Assembly: GCA_001782825.1 (NCBI GenBank)
Contig: MFPS01000006.1
Location: 84,553 to 148,552, forward strand
Direction: 5' to 3'
Length of the DNA stretch: 64,000 bases
Source of the DNA: Candidatus Magasanikbacteria bacterium RIFCSPHIGHO2_01_FULL_33_34
Lineage (GTDB): Bacteria > Patescibacteriota > Patescibacteriia > Magasanikbacterales > UBA922
A program made the position numbers and the translations under genes. The notes under the pieces are model-generated. The model was given only the letters and a program-made list of their open reading frames with translations. It was not told where the DNA came from and did no database searches. Position 1 is the stretch's first letter. Every line of letters starts with the position of its first letter. Of the stretch, positions 1-12,747 are shown one piece after another.

Positions 1-74
1 ATTACCATTGCATTAATTATAAATCAAGATCAAAAACTCGTTCCTTCTTGCAAAGAAACGAGTTAATAATTATA

Positions 75-974
75 TTAAAAATCTCCTGGATTTATATAGA
101 TATTGTCATCAAAAAAATTGATTATGGGTATAATTCTAAAATTATTAAACTCTGCTACTTGACTAAAGTATCTCAATTCTACACTCTCGGTTGAAAATGC
201 TGCCATTTTTTCAAAGTACAAATAAACATACCCTATGACTTGACTTCCATTTAATAACTCAACCAAAAATACCGGTTCCCAATAATTAAAAGCTGAACTG
301 TTTATTAAATCAAAAGAAATAACTGGAAAAGATAGGCCAGACAAAGATGCATCACTCACTATAAAATTATCTGCCTGAAACAAATTTCTTTCTGCAATAA
401 AATTCTTCACATCTGGCACATCATGAGCATCCACTGACTCCCATTCTATATTATCAATTACAAAATTTGTATTGGCTGGAAATGCATTACTCTCAACACC
501 AAATAATGCTACTGGTCTCTTTGATAAAGGAATAATAATAGCTGTCTCAATTTGACTTTCTATACCAGAATATACAAAATGATAAGTTACTTTAGCTATC
601 CATCTTTCATTTGGATTTTGTATACTTGCCACAAAATCATACATATTCTCAGAAGTAGCAAATACCCGAACATCTGCCACATTTAAATCTTGAGCTTTGT
701 AAATTTCTTGTATACTTGAATAATTCTGGTTTGTCTGCGTATATTTTGCCAAATATTCTTGATCATTCCAATAACCAAAAAAGAGATATTCCCCCCATTT
801 CCATAAACCAAACCCATAAAATACAACACACAATGTAATCAAAAAGCCTATAAAAATTTCGCGAAATAATTCTCTGTGAAGTAAATACCATGTACCAATT
901 TTTAATTGACGACTAGAAAATTGTCCACTCGTATCTACATACTGATCTATTTTACTTTTTTTGTGTTCTAACAT
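75..974 (-). CDS. Hypothetical membrane-anchored protein
   Basis: 299-aa ORF with one TM helix near the N-terminus (IFIGFLITLCVVFYGFGLW) and a beta-rich extracellular part. Confidence 0.7.
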   Translation of the reverse strand: MLEHKKSKIDQYVDTSGQFSSRQLKIGTWYLLHRELFREIFIGFLITLCVVFYGFGLWKWGEYLFFGYWNDQEYLAKYTQTNQNYSSIQEIYKAQDLNVADVRVFATSENMYDFVASIQNPNERWIAKVTYHFVYSGIESQIETAIIIPLSKRPVALFGVESNAFPANTNFVIDNIEWESVDAHDVPDVKNFIAERNLFQADNFIVSDASLSGLSFPVISFDLINSSAFNYWEPVFLVELLNGSQVIGYVYLYFEKMAAFSTESVELRYFSQVAEFNNFRIIPIINFFDDNIYINPGDF

Positions 975-1107
975 ATTACTTTCAATAAGTAATATATATT
1001 ATACAATAAAACTGAGAAGAAATAAATCTTTTATAAACAAAAGGAAAGAAAATAAATTTCTTTCCTAATGAATGTCAAAATATTAATGAAGTATTTATTT
1101 GGACAAT

Positions 1108-4100
1108 TTATTGATAAAGTGGAAGAGTTGCAACTGTAGTTGGCAAAGCATTGTTATACAATGTTTGACCACTTCCGTTTACCAATGTTAATGTACCGCC
1201 ACGATTAGTATTACTAAATCTTACAGTAGCTACACTACCATTACTAAAGTTAATAGTAGCACCAGTTTCAGTAGCAGTATTATTAGATACTACTGAAGAG
1301 ACTGCATTGTCCACTCCAATCACATGCAAGAACAATGATTCAGTTCCATTAGTTCCTACAGCTTCCGCTCTCACACCGCTAAATACTGGCACAGTTGTCC
1401 AAGGAATTCCCGCTGGAGACAATCTCCAAACATCCGCTCTTTGTGAACCCTGTACAAAGGTTAATCTATTGCCAGAAATAATTGGTGGCGTTGACATCTG
1501 CAATTGGAAAATTCTAGAAACACTTGAAGAATTTGCAGCAGCCCGATCAAACAATACTACTGCCCCAGATTTAATAAACAATAATTCACGTTCTGATTTT
1601 ACCACTTCAGCTTTACCATTATATATTGGTCTAGTATTAGCCAACTCATAAGAGAACAAATTGCCATCAGACAAAGCTAGCACTTGAGATGGAGTAGCTC
1701 CCTCTACTTGCCTTACAGTATTTCCACCAGAACTAAATCGTACCAAATTGTGCATCTCTTCATCTAATTCAATACCACTATGAGATCTACGATTGGCATC
1801 ATCAAATAACCAAGTACCCGCAGAATTGAGCAAGAACGAACCTTGATCCCTATGTGCATGACTTTGATCATAAGGACCAGCCATCATATGCACGAATACT
1901 CCATTCTTTTCCCAAGAAGAACGAGAATAAAAATTACCACTTCCTGTACCAAAATAAGCAGTATTAATAGTAGAAAGAGGTCTAGTAGTAACAGATGGCC
2001 ATTCATTAATAAAATCTGACCAATAAGTAGCGCTATACTGTATTCTAGGAACATTAGATGAAGCAAGAAGTTGTTTGGCTACCCCAGAAATAGGCTCATT
2101 TGGATAAATAGAGATTAAATTTTGTAACAAATCTCTATGATAATCATAGAACTCTGCAGTTTGATCACGAGAATGATCACCAGTTGGAACTATTTTATCT
2201 AATGAAGGCATTACAGAATGAGTAAACCAAAACATTGTAGCTAGAGTATGAGGAGTCTGATTTGCAATACTCACACCTGTTGATTTTTCCCACCAGAAAT
2301 ATAACTTAAACAAACGTCTCAAAGCAGTTCCATAACCAGTACCCTCACGAGAACCACCTCCTGGTAAAATATTAAATGCTGGTATCAATTGATTGATAAT
2401 TTTTTCACCATAAAATTTATCCAGCCATTTTTGTGCTTCAGGATTATTGCCATAAGTAGCTAAACCTGTAAACATTGTCGCTTCCAAGAAAGAATAATAA
2501 TAATTATTATATGGATCATCAATTGACCAACCTGACCAAGGGTAAGAAACACCACCCCAACGAACATCTTCTGGATCACCCCATAAATTATTTAGAACTA
2601 AGTTCATATAATTAACCCATCTAGTTCTCTGTGATGGAGTTAACAAATCATATGCAAAGTCATAAACCAAAGCTATGTCGCCCAATTCATCACCTACTTC
2701 CAAAAAGCTGTCCCGTGATATTGTTGCTCGTTGACCAGCATTTATTCTAGCTTCTTCTTCGGCCACATATCTATCTATATTTGCTATAGCAAAATTTCCA
2801 TACCTCGCTTCACCAGTAAGACGGTACATCAATGCTGCACCCCAATTTGCAAATGCATAATTTGTACCTGGATGAGCTAATTCATTATCTATCATTGTTT
2901 TATATCTAGAAGCACCAGGAGAATTTGTAGTTAAAGCATTTTGTAATCTAGAAAGTGTAGCCGTGTCATTAATAAGAACATAAGGATGAGTAGTTGCTAA
3001 AGGTTTTACAGATGAAACCTGTACTACTGGAGTAGGTGTTGGTGTAGGTGTTGGAACTGGAGTTGGTTCTGGTACTGGCGCAATTATTGGTTCTGGCTCA
3101 GGCGCTGGTGCTGGCGCTGGCGCTGGGGTTGATTGAGCAACCAAATAATTTTCAACTGAATAACCATCGGCACCACTATCATAATTTATTTGCCACCAAT
3201 TATACCCACCTTGAGCTACTGGTCCACTTACTACCGATCCTTGTGATCCAGCTGATTGTGTTCCTAACAATGTACCAGTAATTGTAGGTGTTGATCTTAC
3301 ATTTAAGTTCGCAGTTGTCTGTACTCTTTGACCTACTGTAAACATCCCTAAAGTTGGAGTTGTAGTAATAACCGGGGTTGGAGTTGGTGTAGGAGTTGGC
3401 GTTACACTTGCCACAGAAGATAATCCACCATCATATCCAATGGTTGAACGCATCCACCAATTAAATTTACGAGGAGGGTTTACTCTATACTTTGGTAAAT
3501 AAGTTGTAGTACGAGTCGCATCAGTAAACGCAAACACTGCACAATTTCTCAACTGTGCTCTACGATTAATTAAAGCATCAGTCGATTGACCAAGTATCTG
3601 TTTTGCTTCTATAGCAAATGAAATTAAACCTGAAACATCCAAACAGTGATCAAAATCACCTTCACTTGGAGTTTCTGGGGTATAAGGACCAGTAGGACCA
3701 ACTAAATAATATGCAGCCGTTAATCCAGCATAAGTATCATCTATAACACTACCATCAAAATAAGCATTTTGTTCCATCCAATCTGCGTAACGAGAAACTT
3801 GTTGTAATACTTCAGTATTTCCAGTAAGAGAATAAAGTCTACGAGCAGCTTGGAAATATAAATTACTCATCCAAGGACTTGTGATTAACTGTGATGGACT
3901 ACTACCACCACCCTCATGCTGATCAATTGTTGTTAATGGCACTCCACCACCAAGGTTAGACCGTGAAGTCCATTGATTTACTAAAGCATTAATACGAGTA
4001 AGAGCTGATGGATCTCTTGTTAAATCATACCAAGATACCGCTGTTTCAAGAGCAAAACCAATTTCGCGTTCTGTCCATAAACCTCCACTTGAATAAGTGC

Positions 4101-6357
4101 TAGAAAAATCAGATACTGAAAAATTATAAATTCTTTGAGCAATTGAACGGTATTGATCATCACCAGTTTCTCTTTCATAAAGAAGAAAAGGAGTTACATA
4201 TCCGTATTTTCCATCTTGTTCTCCTGTTTTTGGAGTAAAGTAACCACCTGAACTTATGTGATTTCTATAATATTCAAAATCAGATAAAAATTGTTGATAC
4301 CAACGAGCTTTATCTGTAGATGATACAGAACGTTTATACATATAATAAGCAACTGAAGCTCTATCAAACAACCACGGTTCATAAATTGTTTCTCCATAAT
4401 TCCAATTTCCATAACCAGATGTAAATCTAGAATCAACATTATGTCCTTCAAAATTCCAATTTCTTGCCCAAGTTTCAGCAAATTTAACTAAAGGAGCATC
4501 TGCAGGGTCATTAAGATTGAATGGAGCAAAAGTAGGCACAGAACTACCAGTCAAGATAGGTACTGGAACTGGTGAAGGAGTTGGTGTAATGACTGGGGTT
4601 GGAGTTGGATCAAGTACTGGAACTGGAGTTGCCACAGCAAACAAATAATTTTCAACCGAATAACCATCGGCACCACTATCATAATTTATTTGCCACCAAT
4701 TATATCCACCTTGGGGCACTGGTCCACTAACTACTGTTCCTTGTGATCCAGCTGATTGATTTCCTAATAATGTACCAGTAGTTGCTGGTGTTGCTCTAAC
4801 ATTTAAGTTTACAGTTGTTTGAACTCGTTGACCTACTGTAAATACACCTGAAGTTGGAGCTGGTGTAGGTGTAGGAGTTGGTGTAATGACTGGATTTGGG
4901 GTTGGGGTTGGGGTTGGGGTTGGGGTTGGTGCTGGTTGAAAAACTGGCAAAGAAATACCAGGTAAAATTACTGAAACATCATCTAACATCAAACCTGTCA
5001 AAGGTTGACTACCTTCTTGGAAAATACCCACGCGAACTCTAGATAAATCACGAGTATTATCAAGAGGAAAACTAAGAGTAATACCTTTATTACCTAATGT
5101 ACTAGGTGCCTCAGAACAATTTTGTACAAATCCTCCACCAAGATACTCTATCAAACCACAAAATGAAATTTTAGATGTTGAATTTACAGTTACACGAACA
5201 CTAGCAGAAGCTGTAAAATGAGATGACCTTCTGGTAGTAAAAGTTGAAAAATCTCTACCACTCCAAAGCACACTATCTCCATAACCAGAAGTACCCACTA
5301 ATAAACTTCTATTACCATTAATTGGATTATTAGTAACCACAGAGACAGAAGTTCCAGATTGATTTGGTTCAAAATTTGAAAGACTATTTTCAAAACCAGA
5401 ATCTTCAAGCAAATTTACTCCTGTTGCAGTAGGCGCTGGTGGTAATGGCTCAGTTTTTTGTGCACTACAGCTAGCAGAAGTACCACCATTTATACCAACA
5501 CAAGTCCAATTCCAAGGACCTGATCCAGAAACAGAGCTAGACGCACCAGTAGAACATAAATTGGTAGTTGGTATACTTGATACAGTAGTACCATTAACTG
5601 AACCACAAACACCATTTACTAAAATTGGGGTTGGGGTTGGTTCTGGAGTTGGGGTAGGAGTTGGAGTTGGAGTTGGAGTTGGAGTTGGGGTTGGAGTTGG
5701 GGTTGGGGTTGGGGTAGGAGTTGGGGTTGGAGTTGGGGTTGGGGTTGGAGTTGGCGTAGGTTCTGGAGTTGGCGTAGGTGTTGTAGAAGTACCACCAGAC
5801 AAAACTACTGAAACATCATCAATCATTACTCCTGTCAAACGATCACTACCTTCTTGAAAAATACCAACACGAACTCGTTCTATGTCTTGAGAAATATCAA
5901 GCGGGAAAGTGACTGAAACAGTACCTTTATAACCCATTGAACCAGAAACTTCAGAACATTCTATAATATATTGTCCATTAGTATATTCTACTAAACCACA
6001 AAATCTAATACCTGAAGCAGAATCAACTGTAGCTCGAATTCTAACAGAACCAGTAAACTGAGAAAATCTTTTACTACTAAAATTTAAAAGATTGCTACCA
6101 GACCAAAGTACACTATCACCATATCCAGAAGTATTTATTAATAAACTTCTTGAACCATTGATTGGACTATCACTAGTTAAAGAAGCAGATGTTCCATTTT
6201 GATTGGGTTCAAAATTTGACATACTGGTCTCAAAGCCAGGATCACCAACTAAATTATCTGTAACTATATCAGCCCTAACAATAGTAAAAAATGATGGCGA
6301 ATAAAACACCAAACCAAATACTATCATTAAGGCAAAAAATATTAACGATTTTTTCAT
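1108..6357 (-). CDS. Giant secreted multidomain protein: 2 CBM-like domains, Cys-rich module, 2 SH3b domains, alpha/alpha-toroid-like region, heparinase II/III-like lyase domain, Pro/Thr linkers
   Basis: Signal peptide; duplicated NL..D.GFE...SNFEPNQ domains; duplicated [16 protein letters not shown]...G...G SH3b; [10 protein letters not shown] and HAHRDQGSF motifs typical of Hepar_II_III lyases. Confidence 0.75.
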   Translation of the reverse strand: MKKSLIFFALMIVFGLVFYSPSFFTIVRADIVTDNLVGDPGFETSMSNFEPNQNGTSASLTSDSPINGSRSLLINTSGYGDSVLWSGSNLLNFSSKRFSQFTGSVRIRATVDSASGIRFCGLVEYTNGQYIIECSEVSGSMGYKGTVSVTFPLDISQDIERVRVGIFQEGSDRLTGVMIDDVSVVLSGGTSTTPTPTPEPTPTPTPTPTPTPTPTPTPTPTPTPTPTPTPTPTPTPTPEPTPTPILVNGVCGSVNGTTVSSIPTTNLCSTGASSSVSGSGPWNWTCVGINGGTSASCSAQKTEPLPPAPTATGVNLLEDSGFENSLSNFEPNQSGTSVSVVTNNPINGNRSLLVGTSGYGDSVLWSGRDFSTFTTRRSSHFTASASVRVTVNSTSKISFCGLIEYLGGGFVQNCSEAPSTLGNKGITLSFPLDNTRDLSRVRVGIFQEGSQPLTGLMLDDVSVILPGISLPVFQPAPTPTPTPTPTPNPVITPTPTPTPAPTSGVFTVGQRVQTTVNLNVRATPATTGTLLGNQSAGSQGTVVSGPVPQGGYNWWQINYDSGADGYSVENYLFAVATPVPVLDPTPTPVITPTPSPVPVPILTGSSVPTFAPFNLNDPADAPLVKFAETWARNWNFEGHNVDSRFTSGYGNWNYGETIYEPWLFDRASVAYYMYKRSVSSTDKARWYQQFLSDFEYYRNHISSGGYFTPKTGEQDGKYGYVTPFLLYERETGDDQYRSIAQRIYNFSVSDFSSTYSSGGLWTEREIGFALETAVSWYDLTRDPSALTRINALVNQWTSRSNLGGGVPLTTIDQHEGGGSSPSQLITSPWMSNLYFQAARRLYSLTGNTEVLQQVSRYADWMEQNAYFDGSVIDDTYAGLTAAYYLVGPTGPYTPETPSEGDFDHCLDVSGLISFAIEAKQILGQSTDALINRRAQLRNCAVFAFTDATRTTTYLPKYRVNPPRKFNWWMRSTIGYDGGLSSVASVTPTPTPTPTPVITTTPTLGMFTVGQRVQTTANLNVRSTPTITGTLLGTQSAGSQGSVVSGPVAQGGYNWWQINYDSGADGYSVENYLVAQSTPAPAPAPAPEPEPIIAPVPEPTPVPTPTPTPTPVVQVSSVKPLATTHPYVLINDTATLSRLQNALTTNSPGASRYKTMIDNELAHPGTNYAFANWGAALMYRLTGEARYGNFAIANIDRYVAEEEARINAGQRATISRDSFLEVGDELGDIALVYDFAYDLLTPSQRTRWVNYMNLVLNNLWGDPEDVRWGGVSYPWSGWSIDDPYNNYYYSFLEATMFTGLATYGNNPEAQKWLDKFYGEKIINQLIPAFNILPGGGSREGTGYGTALRRLFKLYFWWEKSTGVSIANQTPHTLATMFWFTHSVMPSLDKIVPTGDHSRDQTAEFYDYHRDLLQNLISIYPNEPISGVAKQLLASSNVPRIQYSATYWSDFINEWPSVTTRPLSTINTAYFGTGSGNFYSRSSWEKNGVFVHMMAGPYDQSHAHRDQGSFLLNSAGTWLFDDANRRSHSGIELDEEMHNLVRFSSGGNTVRQVEGATPSQVLALSDGNLFSYELANTRPIYNGKAEVVKSERELLFIKSGAVVLFDRAAANSSSVSRIFQLQMSTPPIISGNRLTFVQGSQRADVWRLSPAGIPWTTVPVFSGVRAEAVGTNGTESLFLHVIGVDNAVSSVVSNNTATETGATINFSNGSVATVRFSNTNRGGTLTLVNGSGQTLYNNALPTTVATLPLYQ
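3137..4842. repeat. Two ~205-bp direct repeats (about 3137-3342 and 4637-4842) encoding the SH3b domains
   Basis: Near-identical DNA offset by exactly 1500 bp. Confidence 0.85.
5626..5782. repeat. Hexamer tandem repeat (GTTGGR) encoding a (PT)n linker
   Basis: Visible GGAGTT/GGGGTT array; translates to TPTPTP... on the minus strand. Confidence 0.95.
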
Positions 6358-6597
6358 ACAAAATGATTAAATAAAATAAATTTTAATAAATTAAAATAAT
6401 TATTTTAAATCTGCCTTTTGAAAACAAAGATAAAATATATTTATTAAGTATACAATATAGTTTAAAATAAGTAAACTACCATTTACCACCAATAACAAAC
6501 GATACGTATCAAAACTACTTAAATACAAAACCAATATGCCCTTGTACAAGCTACAAATTTATGTTACAATATTGCTACTAAATGAATCATAATCTGA

Positions 6598-8724
<2,127 letters not shown>

Positions 8725-8747
8725 TTATATAATTTTAATAGACAAAT

Positions 8748-9158
8748 ATGCCATCAGAAAATTTAAAAACTAATGATACTACCATGTCAGAACAAGAAAA
8801 AATTATAACACAGCAAGAAAAAGAAAAAACATTAAAACAAAAAGAAGCAGTACAATATAAAGTAATGGAAAAATTGGGTTTTTTACCAAATAATTTTGAT
8901 CCAAAAAACTATGAATCACCAGATGTTGATCAAATAAAAGTTTTACGATGGAGCCAAACTGAAGATGAAAGCAAAGATATAGAAACAAAAACAAAAGAAG
9001 AACCAGTAACAAACGCAAAAATCTTTAGAGAAGCATACAATGATCCTAAAATTAATGAATTTGCCGGCAAAACAATACCAGAAAATGAACTAGATAACAT
9101 AGTTGACAAGATTGTTAAAAAAATGATTTCAAACCCGAAAGCATTAATTTTAAATTAA
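8748..9158 (+). CDS. Hypothetical protein
   Basis: 136-aa charged ORF 23 bp after gyrB. Confidence 0.6.
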   Translation: MPSENLKTNDTTMSEQEKIITQQEKEKTLKQKEAVQYKVMEKLGFLPNNFDPKNYESPDVDQIKVLRWSQTEDESKDIETKTKEEPVTNAKIFREAYNDPKINEFAGKTIPENELDNIVDKIVKKMISNPKALILN

Positions 9159-9276
9159 ATTTTAATAAAATTGTAACAAAATAAATAATTATCCACTCGG
9201 CTACTTGACAAAATACCAAATATATAGTATATTATACCTATCAAATTGGCCGAAGGCCTTTTTTAAATACTTAAAT

Positions 9277-9468
9277 ATGAAATTAATAAAAAGCCTAAAA
9301 GACTATTTTGTCGGTGCATATCAAGAAGGCAAAAAAATCGTTTGGCCAAACAAAAAACAAGTAAAGACCTACACCATACTTGTTATTGCAATGAGTCTAG
9401 GAGTAGCCGTATTTTTTGCAATTTTAGACTATGTTTTCAATATCGGTCTAGGCCAACTAATCAAATAA
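9277..9468 (+). CDS. secE: Preprotein translocase subunit SecE
   Basis: KKIVWPNKKQ motif plus one TM helix, upstream of nusG; start moved to ATG 9277. Confidence 0.92.
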   Translation: MKLIKSLKDYFVGAYQEGKKIVWPNKKQVKTYTILVIAMSLGVAVFFAILDYVFNIGLGQLIK

Positions 9469-9479
9469 TTAACATCTAT

Positions 9480-10025
9480 ATGGCTAAACAAACCTTAAAC
9501 CTCGGCCGTAGATGGTATGTACTTCATACATACAGCGGTTACGAGGAAAATGTAAAAAGAAACCTCGAACAACGTATTGCTTCTTTTGACATGCAAGATA
9601 AAATTTTCAGTGTAATGGTACCAAAAGAGAAAAAAATAAAAATCAAAAATGGTAAACGCCAAGTAATAGAAGAAAAAGTATTTCCTGGATATGTGCTTGT
9701 AGAAATGATAGTAACAGATGATTCTTGGTATGTAGTTCGCAATACTCCAAATGTAACTGGATTTATCGGTTCTGGAACGACTCCAGTATCAATTGACCCA
9801 AAAGAAATGCTCAAATTACAAGGCCGAATGGATGTATCTGAACCATCACACAAAATCGATGCTGAAATTGATGATAATGTAAAAATTACTGACGGACCAT
9901 TCAAAAATTTTGAAGGTAAGGTCAGCGCAGTAGATGAAGCTAGAGGAAAAGTAAAAGTATTGGTATCTATGTTTGGTAGAGAAACTCCGGTTGAATTAGA
10001 CGCTTTACAAGTTAAAAAGTTATAA
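9480..10025 (+). CDS. nusG: Transcription termination/antitermination factor NusG
   Basis: WYVLHTYSGYE, FPGYVLVEM, KOW GPFKNFEG, MFGRETPVEL; start moved to ATG 9480. Confidence 0.97.
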   Translation: MAKQTLNLGRRWYVLHTYSGYEENVKRNLEQRIASFDMQDKIFSVMVPKEKKIKIKNGKRQVIEEKVFPGYVLVEMIVTDDSWYVVRNTPNVTGFIGSGTTPVSIDPKEMLKLQGRMDVSEPSHKIDAEIDDNVKITDGPFKNFEGKVSAVDEARGKVKVLVSMFGRETPVELDALQVKKL

Positions 10026-10089
10026 CAAAATTTGGAGTTTGCCCAGTCAGGCATGCTTCTAACTCCAAAGTAATAATTAATCACATAAA

Positions 10090-10249
10090 GTTCATAGCCA
10101 AAAATTCATAGTCAATAGTTTGTAACCAATAGCCAATAGTTCATAGAAAACAGATAAAGAAAGAAAAACTATGTACTAAATTCTACTGGCTCCGAACTAC
10201 TAACTATGGACTAGTCGTCTATTGGCTCTGAACTAATAACTAAGAACTA
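10090..10249. repeat. Inverted pair of degenerate 7-nt tandem arrays between nusG and rplK
   Basis: 8 heptads (gttcata/gccaata type) at 10090-10145 and about 11 complementary heptads (ctatgga/ctattgg type) at 10169-10249. Confidence 0.8.
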
Positions 10250-10258
10250 TTAAAATAT

Positions 10259-10681
10259 ATGGCCAAAAAATTAATAACCCAAATCAAATTACAAATCCAA
10301 GGCGGTGCTGCCAATCCAGCTCCTCCAGTCGGACCAGCACTTGGTCAACACGGATTAAACATCCAAGACTTTTGTTCACAATTCAATACTGCAACTGCTG
10401 ACAAAAAAGGTGAAGTAGTGCCAGTTGTGATAGATGTTTATGAAGACAGAACTTTTTCTTTCATAACCAAAGTAGCACCAGCTAGTCAACTAGTCCTCAA
10501 AGCAGCCGGTCTTGCAAAAGGTTCTAGCAACCCCCTAAAAGAAAAAGTTGGTAAAATTACCAAAGCCCAACTAAAAGAAATCGCTGAAAAGAAAATGCCT
10601 GACTTAAATGCTAACGATATAAATGCAGCTATGGAAATTATCGCCGGTACGGCAAAACAAATGGGTGTAATTATTGAATAA
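10259..10681 (+). CDS. rplK: 50S ribosomal protein L11
   Basis: [23 protein letters not shown] motifs. Confidence 0.98.
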   Translation: MAKKLITQIKLQIQGGAANPAPPVGPALGQHGLNIQDFCSQFNTATADKKGEVVPVVIDVYEDRTFSFITKVAPASQLVLKAAGLAKGSSNPLKEKVGKITKAQLKEIAEKKMPDLNANDINAAMEIIAGTAKQMGVIIE

Positions 10682-10693
10682 ACACATACAAAT

Positions 10694-10718
10694 AAAAATC
10701 GCCGACTGGCGATTTTTT
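10694..10718 (+). terminator. Intrinsic terminator after rplK
   Basis: AAAAATCGCC-gact-GGCGATTTTTT. Confidence 0.85.
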
Positions 10719-10807
10719 ATTTACTATTATATTTAATTATGGTAATGTATATTGAAATTAAAGTCTTTATTAAATATCAAACTTTAAAGACACTATAACT
10801 TAATAAT

Positions 10808-11239
10808 ATGCAATCACCAAGAAAAGAAGTCATACAACTAATCTACCTATATATTGTTACATTAGTAGGATTATTTATGATAGTAATTCCTGCCGTAGAT
10901 ATAATTAAAATTGGCCTAGAAAAATGGATATTCCCTTTAGCTGTTCAAGACGATTATGATTATCGTTATTACCCACCAGAACCTTATCCTATCAAAGAAA
11001 GAATTGTTGGGGAAACTGCTACAGAAATTGGTGACTTGAAAGTTACAGAAGAAGAAAAATTAGCATTGGAGCGATGGAAAGTACAATTTGAACAATGGGA
11101 AGAAAAAGACAAAAACAAAGACCATGTATCTATCCAAATGCAAAGAAGTATGGTAAGAGATATCTCAATTCTTCTGGGCGGTCTTGTATTGTTCCTTTCT
11201 CATGGTTATGTTCTTAGAAAAAAAAGAAAAGAGCAATAA
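10808..11239 (+). CDS. Two-TM membrane protein (DUF5671-like)
   Basis: IYLYIVTLVGL N-terminal helix; C-terminal LFLSHG helix. Confidence 0.6.
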   Translation: MQSPRKEVIQLIYLYIVTLVGLFMIVIPAVDIIKIGLEKWIFPLAVQDDYDYRYYPPEPYPIKERIVGETATEIGDLKVTEEEKLALERWKVQFEQWEEKDKNKDHVSIQMQRSMVRDISILLGGLVLFLSHGYVLRKKRKEQ

Positions 11240-11242
11240 AAT

Positions 11243-12175
11243 ATGGTAAACAATAATTTCCATACTCAAAAAATATCAATTAGCATAATTGGAGCAGGGC
11301 ATGTCGGCTCTGCCATTGCTTATGCACTGACAATAAAAAATGTTGCATCTGAAATAAATATAATTGATATAGATGAAGAAAGACGCGAAGGTGAAGTAAT
11401 GGATATATCAGATGGTATAGCTTATGTTGAAACTGGAGTTGTAAAAAATGGAACTTTCAAAGATGCTCGTAACTCTGATATTGTAGTTGTAACAGCTGGC
11501 GCAAAACAAAAACCTGGAGAGACTCGACTTGACTTGGCTATTCAAAATAAAAAAATAATGAAATCAATTTTTAAAAAAATTGGCACACTCAAACCAACAA
11601 CAATTGTAGTAGTTGTTTCCAACCCAGTTGATGTACTCACCTATTACATACAAAAAATAACCAATCTACCAAAAAATCAAGTACTAGGCAGTGGCACTAC
11701 ACTTGACACCTCTAGACTTAGGACTATACTATCTCACAAATTTGGAGTAAGTGCCCAAAATATTCATGGTTATGTACTTGGTGAACATGGTAATAGTAGT
11801 TTTATAGCGTGGAGTACGGTATCAATTGGAGGAATACCAATTAATAAAATTAAGGGCTTCACCAAACAATATGCTAATCAGCTAGAAACAGAAGTTAAAA
11901 AACAAGCCTATGAAATTATAGAGCGTAAAGGTTCAACTTATTATGGTATTGGTCTTTCTGTAGCCAATATTATTAAAGCTATTTTATTTGATCAAAATTT
12001 AATCTTGCCAGTATCAACAAAATTAACCAACTGGAATGGTGTATCAAATGTATGTATAGGTTCACTTGCCATAGTTGGCAGAGAAGGTGTCAAAGGATTA
12101 TGGCCAATTGAGCTCAATGCTACAGAAAAAAATAAATTAAAAAAATCTGCTGATCTAATTAAAAGTTATTTATAA
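11243..12175 (+). CDS. ldh: L-lactate dehydrogenase
   Basis: IIGAGHVG Rossmann motif, AGAKQKPGETRLDL (Gln specificity residue of LDH), GEHG. Confidence 0.9.
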   Translation: MVNNNFHTQKISISIIGAGHVGSAIAYALTIKNVASEINIIDIDEERREGEVMDISDGIAYVETGVVKNGTFKDARNSDIVVVTAGAKQKPGETRLDLAIQNKKIMKSIFKKIGTLKPTTIVVVVSNPVDVLTYYIQKITNLPKNQVLGSGTTLDTSRLRTILSHKFGVSAQNIHGYVLGEHGNSSFIAWSTVSIGGIPINKIKGFTKQYANQLETEVKKQAYEIIERKGSTYYGIGLSVANIIKAILFDQNLILPVSTKLTNWNGVSNVCIGSLAIVGREGVKGLWPIELNATEKNKLKKSADLIKSYL

Positions 12176-12183
12176 AAATCACG

Positions 12184-12207
12184 AACCACCAGCTAAGCTG
12201 GTGGTTT
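12184..12207. terminator. Hairpin between convergent ldh and NlpC/P60 genes
   Basis: AACCACCAGC-taa-GCTGGTGGTT. Confidence 0.75.
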
Positions 12208-12212
12208 AAAGT

Positions 12213-12686
12213 CTAAGAGAGAAAAAATCTTTGATACCGTCCCTCTTTGAAAGATAATCGTTTAAAACCAATTGGATTTGTTGTATAAATTCTCCTTGAC
12301 TCTTCATAGTACAAATTCTTTATGGGACCGCCCTTCAAAGATTTCACTTCAACTATTTTACCATCACTACCTGGAGAATGAGCATAAGAAATTTCTGAAA
12401 TCATAATACCCATATGGTCTGGAAATTGCCCACCATTTCTACGACTAAAAAAAACCAAATCCCCTGGTAAGAAGTTGTGTACAAATACACCAAATGTGTC
12501 AAAGTATTCATTGCAATGCCTAGGCACTGGCCTAGGGAATTTTACAACTTCCCTCAATAAATAAGTTACAAAACCAGAACAGTCAAAGCCAGTTTCTGGG
12601 CTCATTCCGTCTATTGGCCCAATATATTTCATTGCAGGTTTCCCCATCAACTTCATTACTTCACCAACAAACTGTGTGCAATTCAT
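12213..12686 (-). CDS. NlpC/P60 (C40) cysteine peptidase
   Basis: GFDCSGFV, PGDLVFF, HMGI, HS catalytic motifs; SD AGGAGAGG. Confidence 0.88.
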   Translation of the reverse strand: MNCTQFVGEVMKLMGKPAMKYIGPIDGMSPETGFDCSGFVTYLLREVVKFPRPVPRHCNEYFDTFGVFVHNFLPGDLVFFSRRNGGQFPDHMGIMISEISYAHSPGSDGKIVEVKSLKGGPIKNLYYEESRRIYTTNPIGFKRLSFKEGRYQRFFLS

Positions 12687-12747
12687 TTTTTACCTCTCCT
12701 AGCTTAAGAAAGATGTTAACAGATTAAACAATACTTTTCAAGTATAA

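Noticed and set aside
5561-5857. Poly-GV ORF and other short antisense ORFs in the track (e.g. 9539-10084, 18911-19471, 47399-47818)
   Set aside because: Shadows on the opposite strand of clear genes or of the PT repeat.
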